64,000 bases of DNA from Chthoniobacteraceae bacterium (lineage in GTDB: Bacteria; Verrucomicrobiota; Verrucomicrobiia; Chthoniobacterales; Chthoniobacteraceae). The notes below the pieces were generated by a model that made no database searches, was not told the DNA's origin, and was given only the letters and a program-made list of their open reading frames with translations. This document shows positions 21,175-30,977 of the stretch, one piece after another. A program made the translations under genes and the position numbers. Every line of letters begins with the position of its first letter. The first letter of the stretch is position 1. The DNA lies in the NCBI GenBank assembly GCA_040081625.1, contig JBEBGD010000017.1, forward strand, positions 1 to 64,000. The letters are read 5' to 3'.

Positions 21175-22762
21175 GTGCGTAAATGTCGGCGATTTCCTTG
21201 GGAGTGAGGGCGGCGGCGAAGAGTGCGAATTCGTCCATGCAGCCGTTGAGATTGCGGATCGTGAACGCCGCGTCCTTGCGATACATCGGCTCGCTCCAGT
21301 TGCAGATCGAGGCCGCGCCGATGCTCACGTTTTCCACGAGATAGTCCGCAGGCACGGCTTCCTGGCTGAGCACCTGGCCATTGAGATAGTGCGTCACCAT
21401 GCGCGCATCCGCGTCGTAGGTCGTCGCGATCATCAGCCACTGGCCGCTGAGCGAAGCATTCCAGAACTTCGGCGAGTAAAAGATGTGCTGATCCTTTTCG
21501 CCCGTCTTCCGGCCGGACTTGTCCCTCTTCTTGACCGAAAAGAACAGCCGGCCGTCGCCCATGATCTGCCAGTGCGGCTCGTGCAGGTCGTGTCCGTCGG
21601 TGAGGAAAAGTGAGTTATACAGTCGGTCGAGGCTGTTGATCTTCACCCAGGTCAGCAGCGTGATGGAGCGGTATTCGCCGGGCACATTCACCCGCACGCG
21701 GCTGCCGGTCGGGCTGAAATCCAGCGCGCCGCCCGGCATGCCCCAGCGATCCGCCACGCGCGCCGCGGCGACTATCGCGCCTTCGCTCGCAGTGCCGGCG
21801 CTGGCTTCATTCGGCAGGCGGCGATTGCCGGGATCCGCGGTGCCCGCCTGATAGATAGCCACGAGGCGCGGATCGCGCCGAAGCGCTTTGCTGACGCGCT
21901 GCCAATCCTCGCGACGCGACGCGCGGGCCGCCGTGAGCTTTTCGCGCAGGTCGCTCATGCCGACGAACCCCGCGGCGTTCGCGGCCAGCGCCGTGCCTTT
22001 GCCGTCGGCACTCCAGCTCAGCGCCTCGCCGCGTTCCATCCGCCGCATCGCCTCGGCGCGCGGATGCCATTCCACTTCGCCATCGAGCACATGCACCTCG
22101 GACTGATTCGCGGAAACTTTCAGCGCGAACTCCGTGCCGAGGTCCACGACTTCACCCTCCGTCGTGTGAATGCGGAAGCCCTGCGCGGGCTCGGGCACGC
22201 GGGCGCGCACTTTGCCGTGCGCGACTTTCATCTCCATCGGCGACACGATCTCAAACTCGGCGTCGCCCTCGACCACCACGGTCACACCGCTGAACAACTC
22301 GAGTTGCGCGATGCCCGACGCGAGCTGCAGCGAACCGGCGGGAAGCAGCGCGCCATCGGCGAGCTGCGGCGAGTTTTTCCAGACCGTGTCCGACTGACCG
22401 GCAATCACCGCGAAGCCGCTGGCCTTCGGCTCCGGTGCGGCGGCCACGACGGCATCGCCCGGGCGCTTGTTTTGCAAAAGCACCACCGCGACTGCCGCCA
22501 TCGCGATGATAATCGCCGCGATCGCCGCAAACGCGGGGATCCATCGCCGCGCCGGAGCGGGCATCGCGACGATCTTCCGCCCGCTATCCGATGCCGCGCC
22601 TGCTTCGGTTTCGAGCGCCGCCGACAGCGCGAGCCGGTCGAAGTATTCCTGCCGCGCTGCTGGATCGACGGAGAACTCCGCTTCGAGCCGGAGAAAGTCC
22701 GCTTCCGATATGTCGCCCTCGATGAGGGCATCGATGAGCTGGCTGCGTTCCTGGCGATTCAT
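21161..22762 (-). CDS. FecR + LamG-like (concanavalin jelly-roll) anti-sigma factor
   Basis: ATGA-coupled to the sigma gene; TM helix; VVDLGTEFAL..VHVLDGEV; C-terminal LamG motifs W...ATTYD..HYLNG..NGCMDEFALF..ALT..EI. Confidence 0.87.
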   Translation of the reverse strand: MNRQERSQLIDALIEGDISEADFLRLEAEFSVDPAARQEYFDRLALSAALETEAGAASDSGRKIVAMPAPARRWIPAFAAIAAIIIAMAAVAVVLLQNKRPGDAVVAAAPEPKASGFAVIAGQSDTVWKNSPQLADGALLPAGSLQLASGIAQLELFSGVTVVVEGDAEFEIVSPMEMKVAHGKVRARVPEPAQGFRIHTTEGEVVDLGTEFALKVSANQSEVHVLDGEVEWHPRAEAMRRMERGEALSWSADGKGTALAANAAGFVGMSDLREKLTAARASRREDWQRVSKALRRDPRLVAIYQAGTADPGNRRLPNEASAGTASEGAIVAAARVADRWGMPGGALDFSPTGSRVRVNVPGEYRSITLLTWVKINSLDRLYNSLFLTDGHDLHEPHWQIMGDGRLFFSVKKRDKSGRKTGEKDQHIFYSPKFWNASLSGQWLMIATTYDADARMVTHYLNGQVLSQEAVPADYLVENVSIGAASICNWSEPMYRKDAAFTIRNLNGCMDEFALFAAALTPKEIADIYAHGKP

Positions 22763-23301
22763 GAAAGTCCCTCCTGAGCGCGGGTCTGTTTCTGCATGCA
22801 TTCGAGCAGCGCGTTGCGGAGACGATGCAGCGTCACCTTCAACCCGCCCACACTGCGTCCGGCCTGCGCGGCAAAATCATGCAGCGTCCCCGACTTCGCG
22901 TAGCGATGCATCAGGAGTTCGCGATCCTGCGGGCGCAGCTTTTCCAGGCATCGCTTCAGCGCTTCGTGCTGCTGCTCCGCACCATCGCCCCGCGCCGCGA
23001 TCTCCTCCGCGAAGGTCTCCTCCAGTTCCTCGCTGAAAACCAGCCGCGCATCCCGCGCCTGCTTCTTCCGGTAAGTCAGCACCTCATACCGCGCCACGCT
23101 GAACGCCCACGCCTTGAAGTTCGTCCCGGGCGCAAAGTCGTCGCGCTTCTGCCAGAGCGTCGCGTTCGCCTGCTGCGCCACATCCTTCGCGGCCGGATCG
23201 CCCGGCAGCAGCGACTGCACATACAGCCGCAGCGGCATCTGGATGCCGGTCAGGAGCGCGACAAAGGCGCTCTCATTCGGGTTGTCGTCGGGAGGCTGCA
23301 C
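22759..23301 (-). CDS. ECF sigma-70 factor
   Basis: FVALLT..LRLYVQSLLP..DVAQQANATLW..GTNFKAWAF; LKVTLHRLRNALLEC. Confidence 0.92.
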   Translation of the reverse strand: MQPPDDNPNESAFVALLTGIQMPLRLYVQSLLPGDPAAKDVAQQANATLWQKRDDFAPGTNFKAWAFSVARYEVLTYRKKQARDARLVFSEELEETFAEEIAARGDGAEQQHEALKRCLEKLRPQDRELLMHRYAKSGTLHDFAAQAGRSVGGLKVTLHRLRNALLECMQKQTRAQEGLS

Positions 23302-23536
23302 GAGAGGAAATGCCCATCAGCGGTGAAAGGTTAACAAGGATTTTCAAGGGACGTCATTAGCCCGCCCGCTTCCGGTAAAGCGTGTCGCAACCGTCAGCGA
23401 AGCCGATCTGGAAGGCGTCGCGTGGTTGGCGAAGTCGTAGAGGACGGCGTCTTCCGCGAACACGGGCGATGGCGAGGAGCAGACTGGGGGCGAAGGTTTT
23501 CAGCGACATGGATGGGGCGAGTGAACCGATCCCGCC

Positions 23537-25246
23537 TCAGCGCCGATCCGCCCGGCTTTCCTCGAAGTGTCTCGCGATTTCCTCCTCGCCGAGCGCGGTC
23601 TTGAAAATGGCCAGTTCGTCCATGCGTCCGTTGAGATTGCGGATCGCGAAGGTGGGATCTTCGCGGAAGGGCTGGCCCCAGTTGCCGACCTCGCCGTTTC
23701 CGATGCGCAGCGTTTTGATCAGATACTTCGGCTCGATCTCCTCGCGCGAGATGCGTTTGCCGTTCACGAAGTGCGAGACCTGCCGGTTCGGGGGATCGAA
23801 GACGGAGGCGAGGTGCATCCACTGCCCGCTCATCGAGGGGTCCCACATCGGCGGGGAGTAGTAGAGATGCTGAAAGCGCATGGTGGCGCCGGGCGGCCCT
23901 TTCGGGTCGGGGCGCGCGTCATCGACCATCACCGAAAGGATCATTTGTCCGTCATTGCGGATCTGCCAGTGCGGCTCGCCCGTCTCGTAGCTATCGGCCA
24001 TGAAGAGCGCATTATACCAGCGGTCGAGGCTGTCGATCCGCACCCAGCCGATGAAGGTGAAGGCCGGAAATTCGCCGGGAATGTTCACCCGCACTCGCGA
24101 CCCCGGCCGGCGGAATTCGAGCGCGGACTTCAAGCCCGGCCAGCGGCCGTCCACTGGCTCGGCCAGCACGACGGCGCCATCGAGTTCGGGATTGCGCGGC
24201 TCGGTCAGGCTCGGGATCAGGGACGCGCGATTTTCGCGGTCGAAGGTGTAATACAGGAGCAGTCGCGGATCCTGCGCGAGTCCGTCGCGATGCGTTTTCC
24301 AGCGCTCGAAATCCGTCTGCCGCTGCTGCGCCGCGCGCGCGCCGTTGCGGTCCAGGTCGGGAAAGGCAACCTGCCCCGCGGTCGCGGGGACCGGCGCGGT
24401 GTTTGGGTTCAGACCGAGCGCGCCGCCCTTTTTCAAAACCATCCTGTCCGCGCCCTCGGGCCGCAGCGCGATTTCACCCTCGAAGACTTCGACATGCCCC
24501 TTGCCGCCGCGCACCGCGAGGCCGAACTCCGTCCCGAGGTCAATGATCTCGGTGGTCGGTGCGTGCAGCTTGAAACCGCGCGCCGCCGGCGGCACGCGGA
24601 CATGCACCGCGCCTTCGCTGCACGAAGCCTCCCATGCCGACTTGAGCGAGATCTCCGCCGGGCCTTGCACCGTCATCGCCGCGCCGGAGAAGAACTGAAT
24701 CTCCGCCGTGCCGCCCGCGAGCCGGAAGATCTCCGCCCCCAACGTGTCGCCCTCGCGATGGCCCGATTCCGCACTCGGCCATTTCGCGTCAGAAAGGCGG
24801 CCGATCACCGCAAATCCCCGGGCGACCGGTTCGAGAGAATCGGCGCGGACCAACGCTGCGCCAGATTGCGGCGTCGGTTTGAAATTCAAAAACAAGATCC
24901 CGAGCCCGAGGAGAAATACCACCGACGCCGCGAGCGCCAGCGGCATCAGCATTGGAATTCGGATCACTTTCTCCGCAGGGTTCGCGGCATTTGCTTCGCC
25001 CGATCCGTCCGCCGCCAGCCATGGCGCCGTGGCCGCGGTCGATGACTTTTCCCCGACGCTCGCCACGACGTTCCGCACGGAATCGTCGAGCGCCAGATAG
25101 CGGCGCATGACCGCCCGCAGCGCCGGGTTTTTCGCCATGCGATCCTGCAACGCGTCGAAATCTGCCTGCCCGATCGTGCCGTCCAAATAGGCATCGATCC
25201 GATCCTGATCTTCCTGCGGCATGTCGCTGAAGTTCGGCGTGCGCAT
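23537..25246 (-). CDS. FecR + LamG-like anti-sigma factor (paralog of 21161-22762)
   Basis: Start MRTPNF at 25246 overlapping the sigma stop; IIDLGTEFGL..VEVFEGEI; C-terminus RNLNGRMDELAIF. Confidence 0.87.
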   Translation of the reverse strand: MRTPNFSDMPQEDQDRIDAYLDGTIGQADFDALQDRMAKNPALRAVMRRYLALDDSVRNVVASVGEKSSTAATAPWLAADGSGEANAANPAEKVIRIPMLMPLALAASVVFLLGLGILFLNFKPTPQSGAALVRADSLEPVARGFAVIGRLSDAKWPSAESGHREGDTLGAEIFRLAGGTAEIQFFSGAAMTVQGPAEISLKSAWEASCSEGAVHVRVPPAARGFKLHAPTTEIIDLGTEFGLAVRGGKGHVEVFEGEIALRPEGADRMVLKKGGALGLNPNTAPVPATAGQVAFPDLDRNGARAAQQRQTDFERWKTHRDGLAQDPRLLLYYTFDRENRASLIPSLTEPRNPELDGAVVLAEPVDGRWPGLKSALEFRRPGSRVRVNIPGEFPAFTFIGWVRIDSLDRWYNALFMADSYETGEPHWQIRNDGQMILSVMVDDARPDPKGPPGATMRFQHLYYSPPMWDPSMSGQWMHLASVFDPPNRQVSHFVNGKRISREEIEPKYLIKTLRIGNGEVGNWGQPFREDPTFAIRNLNGRMDELAIFKTALGEEEIARHFEESRADRR

Positions 25247-25797
25247 CAGGCCGCTCCCTCGTGTTGCACCTTCGACTCCACGCATTCCAGCAATTGCCGG
25301 CGCAGCCGTTTCAGCCGCATGTAAAATGCCGCCGCGGTCGAGCCCGCTTCCTCTGCGAGTTCCTTGGTCTTCACGCCCGGCGTGTATGCGAGCGTGAGGA
25401 AGCGCCGCTGTTTCTCCGGCATCGCCTCGAGGCACGACTCCAAGGCGACATGCTCCGCGCGCCGCGGCTCGATCTCCTCGACGCCCTCATCCGCCATCAG
25501 CTCCATCACATCCTCGCGAAACACTAACCGGTCGCGCGCCATTTTCCGGCGGTAAGCCAGCGCCTCAAAGCGCGCGATCACACACACCCACTTCATGAAG
25601 TTCGTCTCCGGATCGTATTGCTCGAACTTCCGCCAGATCACGATCGCAGTCTGCTGCAACACCTCGTCCGCATCCACGGATGTCGGCAGCAGCGACCGGA
25701 TGAACCGGCGCAAATCGGGTTCATAATGCGCAAACCGGGCGATGAACGCCTCGTAGCGCGCGTCCTCCGGTGCGGGTTTTTGATCGTGTGAAGGCAT
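25246..25797 (-). CDS. ECF sigma-70 factor
   Basis: LRRFIRSLLP..ADEVLQQTAIVIWRKF..TNFMKW; FYMRLKRLRRQLLEC. Confidence 0.92.
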   Translation of the reverse strand: MPSHDQKPAPEDARYEAFIARFAHYEPDLRRFIRSLLPTSVDADEVLQQTAIVIWRKFEQYDPETNFMKWVCVIARFEALAYRRKMARDRLVFREDVMELMADEGVEEIEPRRAEHVALESCLEAMPEKQRRFLTLAYTPGVKTKELAEEAGSTAAAFYMRLKRLRRQLLECVESKVQHEGAA

Positions 25798-26089
25798 GAT
25801 CGTCGTCTGATTACTGCACGAACTCTGAAAATCTAACAGCCCGTCTCGAAGTGGCCGGCAAAAGGAGGGAGATTTCTGGAATGCGCAGGGCGCGGGAGCG
25901 AGCGACCGCGGGAGAGGAGGGCTTCGCTCTGACGATCGACCCGGACCGGTTGCCAGAGATCGTCCGCGAAAGGCGAACGACTCTCCGTGCGCGCGCGGAC
26001 GAGCGCAGCGAAGCCAGTTCCATACGCTGGCGCATAGGGTCGGCGGGCGGGCGGTATTGCCGGGGCTTGGCGTTCCCTGAGAAAAGCTT

Positions 26090-26119
26090 TTGACGCCGCC
26101 CGCTCCAACGCACTAAGTG
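26090..26119 (+). promoter_or_regulatory. Putative sigma70 promoter of the mreB operon
   Basis: TTGACG (26090-95), 18-bp spacer, TAAGTG (26114-19), about 110 nt upstream of mreB. Confidence 0.4.
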
Positions 26120-26228
26120 TGCGCGCTTTTCGGCCGTGCCGCGGTCAAGCCGGTGGACGCTAATTGAAGACCGGACGCGGCGCAGCGAGGAGCGCTCCAT
26201 CAATCTCACAGCCAGCTTTTCAAATTGA

Positions 26229-27275
26229 ATGTTTAACGGTTTGTTCGGCCTGTTCTCGAACGATATCGGGATCGACCTCGGCACGGCGAATACACTCGTC
26301 TATGTCAAAGACCACGGCATCGTCCTGCGCGAGCCGTCGGTCGTCGCCGTGCAGGCGGGCACCAACAAAGTGCTCGCCGTGGGCGATGAAGCCAAGCGGA
26401 TGCTCGGGCGCACGCCCGGCAATATTGTGGCGATCCGTCCGCTCAAGGACGGCGTGATCGCGGACTTCGAGATCACCGAGGCGATGCTGCGGCACTTCAT
26501 CCAGAAGGTGCATGGAAAGCGCACGATCTTGAAGGCGCGGCCGCGCGTGGTCATCGCGGTGCCGAGCGGCATCACGGAAGTGGAGAAGCGCGCGGTGAAG
26601 GAATCGGCGCTGCACGCGGGAGCGCGCGAAGTTTACCTGATCGAGGAACCGATGGCGGCAGCGATCGGGTGCGGGCTGCCAGTGCAGGATGCGGCGGGGA
26701 ACATGATCATCGACATCGGCGGCGGGACGACGGAGGTCGCGCTGATTTCGCTCTCGGGCATCGTCTTCTCGCGCAGCGTGCGGGTGGCGGGCGATGAGAT
26801 GGATGAGGCGATCATTCAATACATGAAGCGCGCTTACAATTTGATGATCGGTGAGCGGACGGCGGAGGACATCAAGATCAAGATCGGCTCGGCGCATCCG
26901 ATCGAGAAGGAGACGACCATGGAGGTGAAGGGTCGCGACCTCGTGGCCGGTCTGCCGAAGACGCTGACGGTCACTTCGCAGGAAGTGCGCGAGGCGTTGC
27001 TGGAACCCATTTCGACCATCGTGGACAGCGTGCGAGTGACCCTCGAGCGCTGCCCGCCTGAACTTTCCGCTGATCTCGTGGACCGTGGCCTCGTGCTCGC
27101 GGGCGGCGGCGCGCTCCTGCGCGGACTCGATCGTTTGCTCACCGAAGAAACCGGCCTGCCGGTGCACATCGCCGAGGATCCCCTCAGCGCTGTCGCCGAG
27201 GGAACCGGGCGGGCGTTGAGCGAGATGCGATTCCTGCGCCAGGTGGCCACCAGCGATTCCCGCTGGGGCAACTGA
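26229..27275 (+). CDS. mreB: Rod shape-determining protein MreB
   Basis: [47 protein letters not shown]. Confidence 0.98.
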   Translation: MFNGLFGLFSNDIGIDLGTANTLVYVKDHGIVLREPSVVAVQAGTNKVLAVGDEAKRMLGRTPGNIVAIRPLKDGVIADFEITEAMLRHFIQKVHGKRTILKARPRVVIAVPSGITEVEKRAVKESALHAGAREVYLIEEPMAAAIGCGLPVQDAAGNMIIDIGGGTTEVALISLSGIVFSRSVRVAGDEMDEAIIQYMKRAYNLMIGERTAEDIKIKIGSAHPIEKETTMEVKGRDLVAGLPKTLTVTSQEVREALLEPISTIVDSVRVTLERCPPELSADLVDRGLVLAGGGALLRGLDRLLTEETGLPVHIAEDPLSAVAEGTGRALSEMRFLRQVATSDSRWGN

Positions 27276-27286
27276 TGGCGTAGGCA

Positions 27287-28108
27287 ATGTGGCGATCGCG
27301 GCTTAATTACATCATCGGCGGAGCGGGCGTGGTGCTGCTCCTCGCGGCGCTTTGGTTCTTCTCGAACCCGCTGCGTTCGCAGCGCGTGCAGGCGGGATTT
27401 CTGGGAATGATCGCGCCCTTTCTCAAGCAAGGCTCGTCGCTCCAGCGTTATTACGTGACGAAGAAGGAGGGGCTGAAAAAGCTCGAGGATCTCGAGAAGG
27501 AAGTGATCCAACTGCGCGTGGTGAACAAGGAGATGAGCGCGACCAACCAGGCGTTGCGCGGCATGGAGACCGAGAATAACCGGCTGCGCAATGCACTCGG
27601 CTACCGGGAGCGCTCGGTCTTTCAGCTCATGCCGGCGCGGATCATCGCGCGCGATGCCTCGACCTGGTATCAGAAGGTGATCATCGACCGCGGCTCGGAG
27701 GAACTCATCGAGCCGGATCAGGCGGTGCTCACCGAGTCGGGGCTCGTCGGCAAGACGACCAATCTCATCTCGGCGCACACAGCGCAGGTCATCCTGATCA
27801 CCGACGAAAACTGCCGCGTGTCCGCATCGATCGAAGGGACGCGCGAACAGGGCATCGTGAAAGGCGAGCGCGCGACGAAGGCGACGCTGCCGAAGATCGG
27901 ACTCGGATTTCTCTCGAAGCAGGCGGCGCTCCGGCCCGGGCTCACGGTCTATACCTCCGGCGTCGGCGGCGTTTTCCCCTCCGGCATCGAGCTCGGAAAG
28001 ATCGAGACCTTCGGCCTTCGCGAGCTGGATGCGTATGCGACCGTCAAACCCTCGGTGGACCTGACGACCATCGAGGATGTGTTCGTCGTGGTGAGCGACA
28101 CGAAATGA
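27287..28108 (+). CDS. mreC: Rod shape-determining protein MreC
   Basis: TM helix, coiled coil ENNRLR, IIDRGS, GLVGK, TSGVGGVFPSGI; follows mreB. Confidence 0.95.
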   Translation: MWRSRLNYIIGGAGVVLLLAALWFFSNPLRSQRVQAGFLGMIAPFLKQGSSLQRYYVTKKEGLKKLEDLEKEVIQLRVVNKEMSATNQALRGMETENNRLRNALGYRERSVFQLMPARIIARDASTWYQKVIIDRGSEELIEPDQAVLTESGLVGKTTNLISAHTAQVILITDENCRVSASIEGTREQGIVKGERATKATLPKIGLGFLSKQAALRPGLTVYTSGVGGVFPSGIELGKIETFGLRELDAYATVKPSVDLTTIEDVFVVVSDTK

Positions 28109-28659
28109 TTTTCTTCCTCATCCTGCTCATCCTCATGTTCGGCGCGCTGGTCATCCAGCACTTCATCGGCCCGCTGCCGATGCTCGGGTGCCGGCTGCTG
28201 CTCATGCAGATGCTCATGCTCTACGGCGCGATCGCGCTGCCGCTGCATGGGATGCTGGTCGTGACGTTCATCGGCGGGCTGATGTGGGACGCGCTCCAGG
28301 CGCAGCAGATCGACGGCGCCTACCAGATCAGCATGGGCTGGTCGGTGGCCTTCTACATGGGGCTCGGCACGATCATGGCGGGCTTCCGACCGCTCTTCCT
28401 GCGCGGGCGGTGGGAAGTCCACTGCCTGCTCACCGGCGTGCTCACGGCGGCGATCCCGCTGGCGGAGTTCATCATGGTCACGGTCCGCACCGAGCCGGTG
28501 CAGTGGATCTTTGACAAGAGCGTGGCGTGGCGCATCGGCGGCGCGGGGCTGATCGCGACGTTGCTGTCGCCTCTTTTGTTTTTCGTGCTCAATTACCTCG
28601 CCGTGCTGACCGGCTACGACCCGCAGCCGGAGCGCGGCACCAAACCAACCATCCGCTAA
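28105..28659 (+). CDS. mreD: Rod shape-determining protein MreD
   Basis: Multi-TM protein with GLMWD motif; ATGA-coupled to mreC. Confidence 0.8.
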   Translation: MIFFLILLILMFGALVIQHFIGPLPMLGCRLLLMQMLMLYGAIALPLHGMLVVTFIGGLMWDALQAQQIDGAYQISMGWSVAFYMGLGTIMAGFRPLFLRGRWEVHCLLTGVLTAAIPLAEFIMVTVRTEPVQWIFDKSVAWRIGGAGLIATLLSPLLFFVLNYLAVLTGYDPQPERGTKPTIR

Positions 28660-28661
28660 CG

Positions 28662-30953
28662 ATGGCCGTAAAATTCCAGCTCCCAAGTCGCGGCGCACGA
28701 GTCGAGTGGCGCCTGTTTTTCCTCGCCTTGGGAATGCTCGCGGGTCTCGGCGCGCTGGTCGCAAAGCTGTGGTGGGAGCAGGTCGCGCGCGGCCCGATGT
28801 GGGCAAAGAAGATCGCCAACCGCAGCGAAGTGACCGTGCGCATCCCGGGCGTGCGCGGTGAGATCCGCGATCGCAACGGCGTCCCGCTGGTGACCAATCG
28901 CGCGAGCTACGAGGTCGATTTCTATCTCCCCGACATGGTGCGCGGCTTCAAGCAGCAGCATCAGGGCGAGAAGCTCCCGCAGGTCACCTATCGCGGCACG
29001 GTCAAGGGCATGGCCAAGGACAAGTCCGAGGCCGACATCGTGCAGATCGTCAACACCAGCGTCATCCCGCGGCTGCAGGACCTCGATCTCGCCGTGGACT
29101 ACAACTCGGAGACGCTGCGCCGGCACTACCGCAACGACACCGAGGTGCCGTTCACCTATCGCGAAGAGATCGATTTCAAGACCCTCGCGCGCTTCTCCGA
29201 GCACGACGTCGGACTGCCCGGCGTCGATGTCGCGATCCGGCCCGTGCGCCAATACGTCTTTGGCGCGCTCGCCGCGCATCTGCTCGGCTACGTCGGCGCC
29301 CCGAACGATGTCGATCTGCTGCCCGACGTGCGGAACTACTCGTTCTACCAGCCCGACGTGGAGGGCAAATCGCAGGTCGAAGGCGCGCTCAACAAATACA
29401 TCTCCGGCACACCCGGCGTGCGCGTGCTCCAGCGCAATGTGAAAGGCCAGATCGAAGGCGAGCTGCGGCGCATCGAGCCCAAGCAGGGCGCGAATGTGTA
29501 TCTCACCATCGACGCGCGCGTCCAATACATCACCGAGCGCGCGCTGCGCGTGGTCGGTCGCGGCGCGGCCGTGGTCGTGAACCCGAAGAATGGCGACATC
29601 CTCGCGATGGCCAGCGTGCCGAGCTACGACCCGAACGTCTTCATCCCGAGCATCGACGAGGTCGCGTGGAAACAGATCATCAAGGACGACACCGACCCGC
29701 TCACCAATCGCGCGATCCAGGGCTACGCGCCGGGCTCGACTTACAAAGTCGTCGCCGCGCTCGCCGGCCTGCGAAAGGGGCTGACCTCGGGCAGCAGCTT
29801 CACCTGCTACGGCGGCGTGAGCTACGGCAACAAATACATGAAGTGCTGGATCGCCGACAAGGGCGGCAGCCACGGCGGGCTCACGCTTTCCGACGCGCTC
29901 AAGGTCTCGTGCAACGCCTTCTTCTACCAATGGGGCAACGCCGCCGGCATCGACAACATCGTCGCCACCGGCAAGGCGCTCGGGCTTGGTGAGAAAACCG
30001 GCGTCCCGCTCACCGGCGAGGACGGCGGCATCCTGCCCGGGCCCGACTGGCTCAAGAGCGTCAGCCCGCAGGAGCGCTGGTCGCAAGGCTACACGGCCAA
30101 CGTGTCGATCGGCCAGGGCTCGGTCGAAGCATCGCCGCTGCAGATGGCCATGGTCATCGCCACCGTCGCCAATCGCGGCACGTCCTTCCGGCCCCGGCTC
30201 GTCGATCGCGTCGTCGATCAGGAAGGCCGCGATGTGCGCGACGAGGAAGGTCGCACGGTCGCGCCGCCGAAGCCCGATGTGCTCGCGGACCTGCGCCGAG
30301 CGGGGATCGGCGAATCGCAGATCGAACTCGTGCGCCGCGGCATGTGGAAAGTCGTCAACGAAGGCGGGGGCACCGGCAAACGCGCACAGGTCAAGGGCGT
30401 CGAAGTCGCCGGCAAGACAGGCACGGCGCAATTCTGGCGCGGGAACGTGAAGGACAACCACACGTGGTTCATCTGCTTCGCGCCGTATCAGGATCCGAAG
30501 TATGCGATCTGCGTGATGGTCCAGGGCGCGAAGTCCGGCGGCGGCGTCTCCGCGCCGATCGCGCAGCGCATCCTCGAGGAGACGCTCGCGCTCGAGCAGG
30601 ACCCGAATCTCGTCACCCTCACGCGGCTCGAACCGGCGCGCGGCAGCTTCGCGCAGATCGAGGCGGTCGAGTTCAAGGAAAAGGACGCCGGCGTCGCCAA
30701 GCTCGCCGCCGCTGCCGGCCACGAAGACCAGGAGACCGCCGACCACGTGGACGACCCGCTCAACCGAAAGAAAGGCCCGCAACTCGGCGTCACCCCCGAC
30801 ATCCGTCCCGGCGCCGATTCCGGTGGCCGGCTCAAGGACCGCGCGAAACCCAAGCGCGACCCGAACGACAAACGCAACTTCATCGAGCGCTTCTTCGGCT
30901 TCGGCCGCAAACCCAACCCCGCCCCACCGCAAAAACAGCCCTTCCGGCGCTGA
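28662..30953 (+). CDS. mrdA: Penicillin-binding protein 2
   Basis: RGEIRDRNG; SxxK (PGSTYK); SxN (SCN); KTG (GKTGTAQ). Start ATG 28662. Confidence 0.95.
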   Translation: MAVKFQLPSRGARVEWRLFFLALGMLAGLGALVAKLWWEQVARGPMWAKKIANRSEVTVRIPGVRGEIRDRNGVPLVTNRASYEVDFYLPDMVRGFKQQHQGEKLPQVTYRGTVKGMAKDKSEADIVQIVNTSVIPRLQDLDLAVDYNSETLRRHYRNDTEVPFTYREEIDFKTLARFSEHDVGLPGVDVAIRPVRQYVFGALAAHLLGYVGAPNDVDLLPDVRNYSFYQPDVEGKSQVEGALNKYISGTPGVRVLQRNVKGQIEGELRRIEPKQGANVYLTIDARVQYITERALRVVGRGAAVVVNPKNGDILAMASVPSYDPNVFIPSIDEVAWKQIIKDDTDPLTNRAIQGYAPGSTYKVVAALAGLRKGLTSGSSFTCYGGVSYGNKYMKCWIADKGGSHGGLTLSDALKVSCNAFFYQWGNAAGIDNIVATGKALGLGEKTGVPLTGEDGGILPGPDWLKSVSPQERWSQGYTANVSIGQGSVEASPLQMAMVIATVANRGTSFRPRLVDRVVDQEGRDVRDEEGRTVAPPKPDVLADLRRAGIGESQIELVRRGMWKVVNEGGGTGKRAQVKGVEVAGKTGTAQFWRGNVKDNHTWFICFAPYQDPKYAICVMVQGAKSGGGVSAPIAQRILEETLALEQDPNLVTLTRLEPARGSFAQIEAVEFKEKDAGVAKLAAAAGHEDQETADHVDDPLNRKKGPQLGVTPDIRPGADSGGRLKDRAKPKRDPNDKRNFIERFFGFGRKPNPAPPQKQPFRR

Positions 30954-30977
30954 CCCTCGTTTTCCCCCATCCGCCCA

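Noticed and set aside
25811..26284. 157-aa minus-strand ORF and a 9-bp inverted repeat (25920-28/26007-15) as a MITE
   Set aside because: No protein motifs, overlaps the mreB start, and no TSD or second copy is visible.
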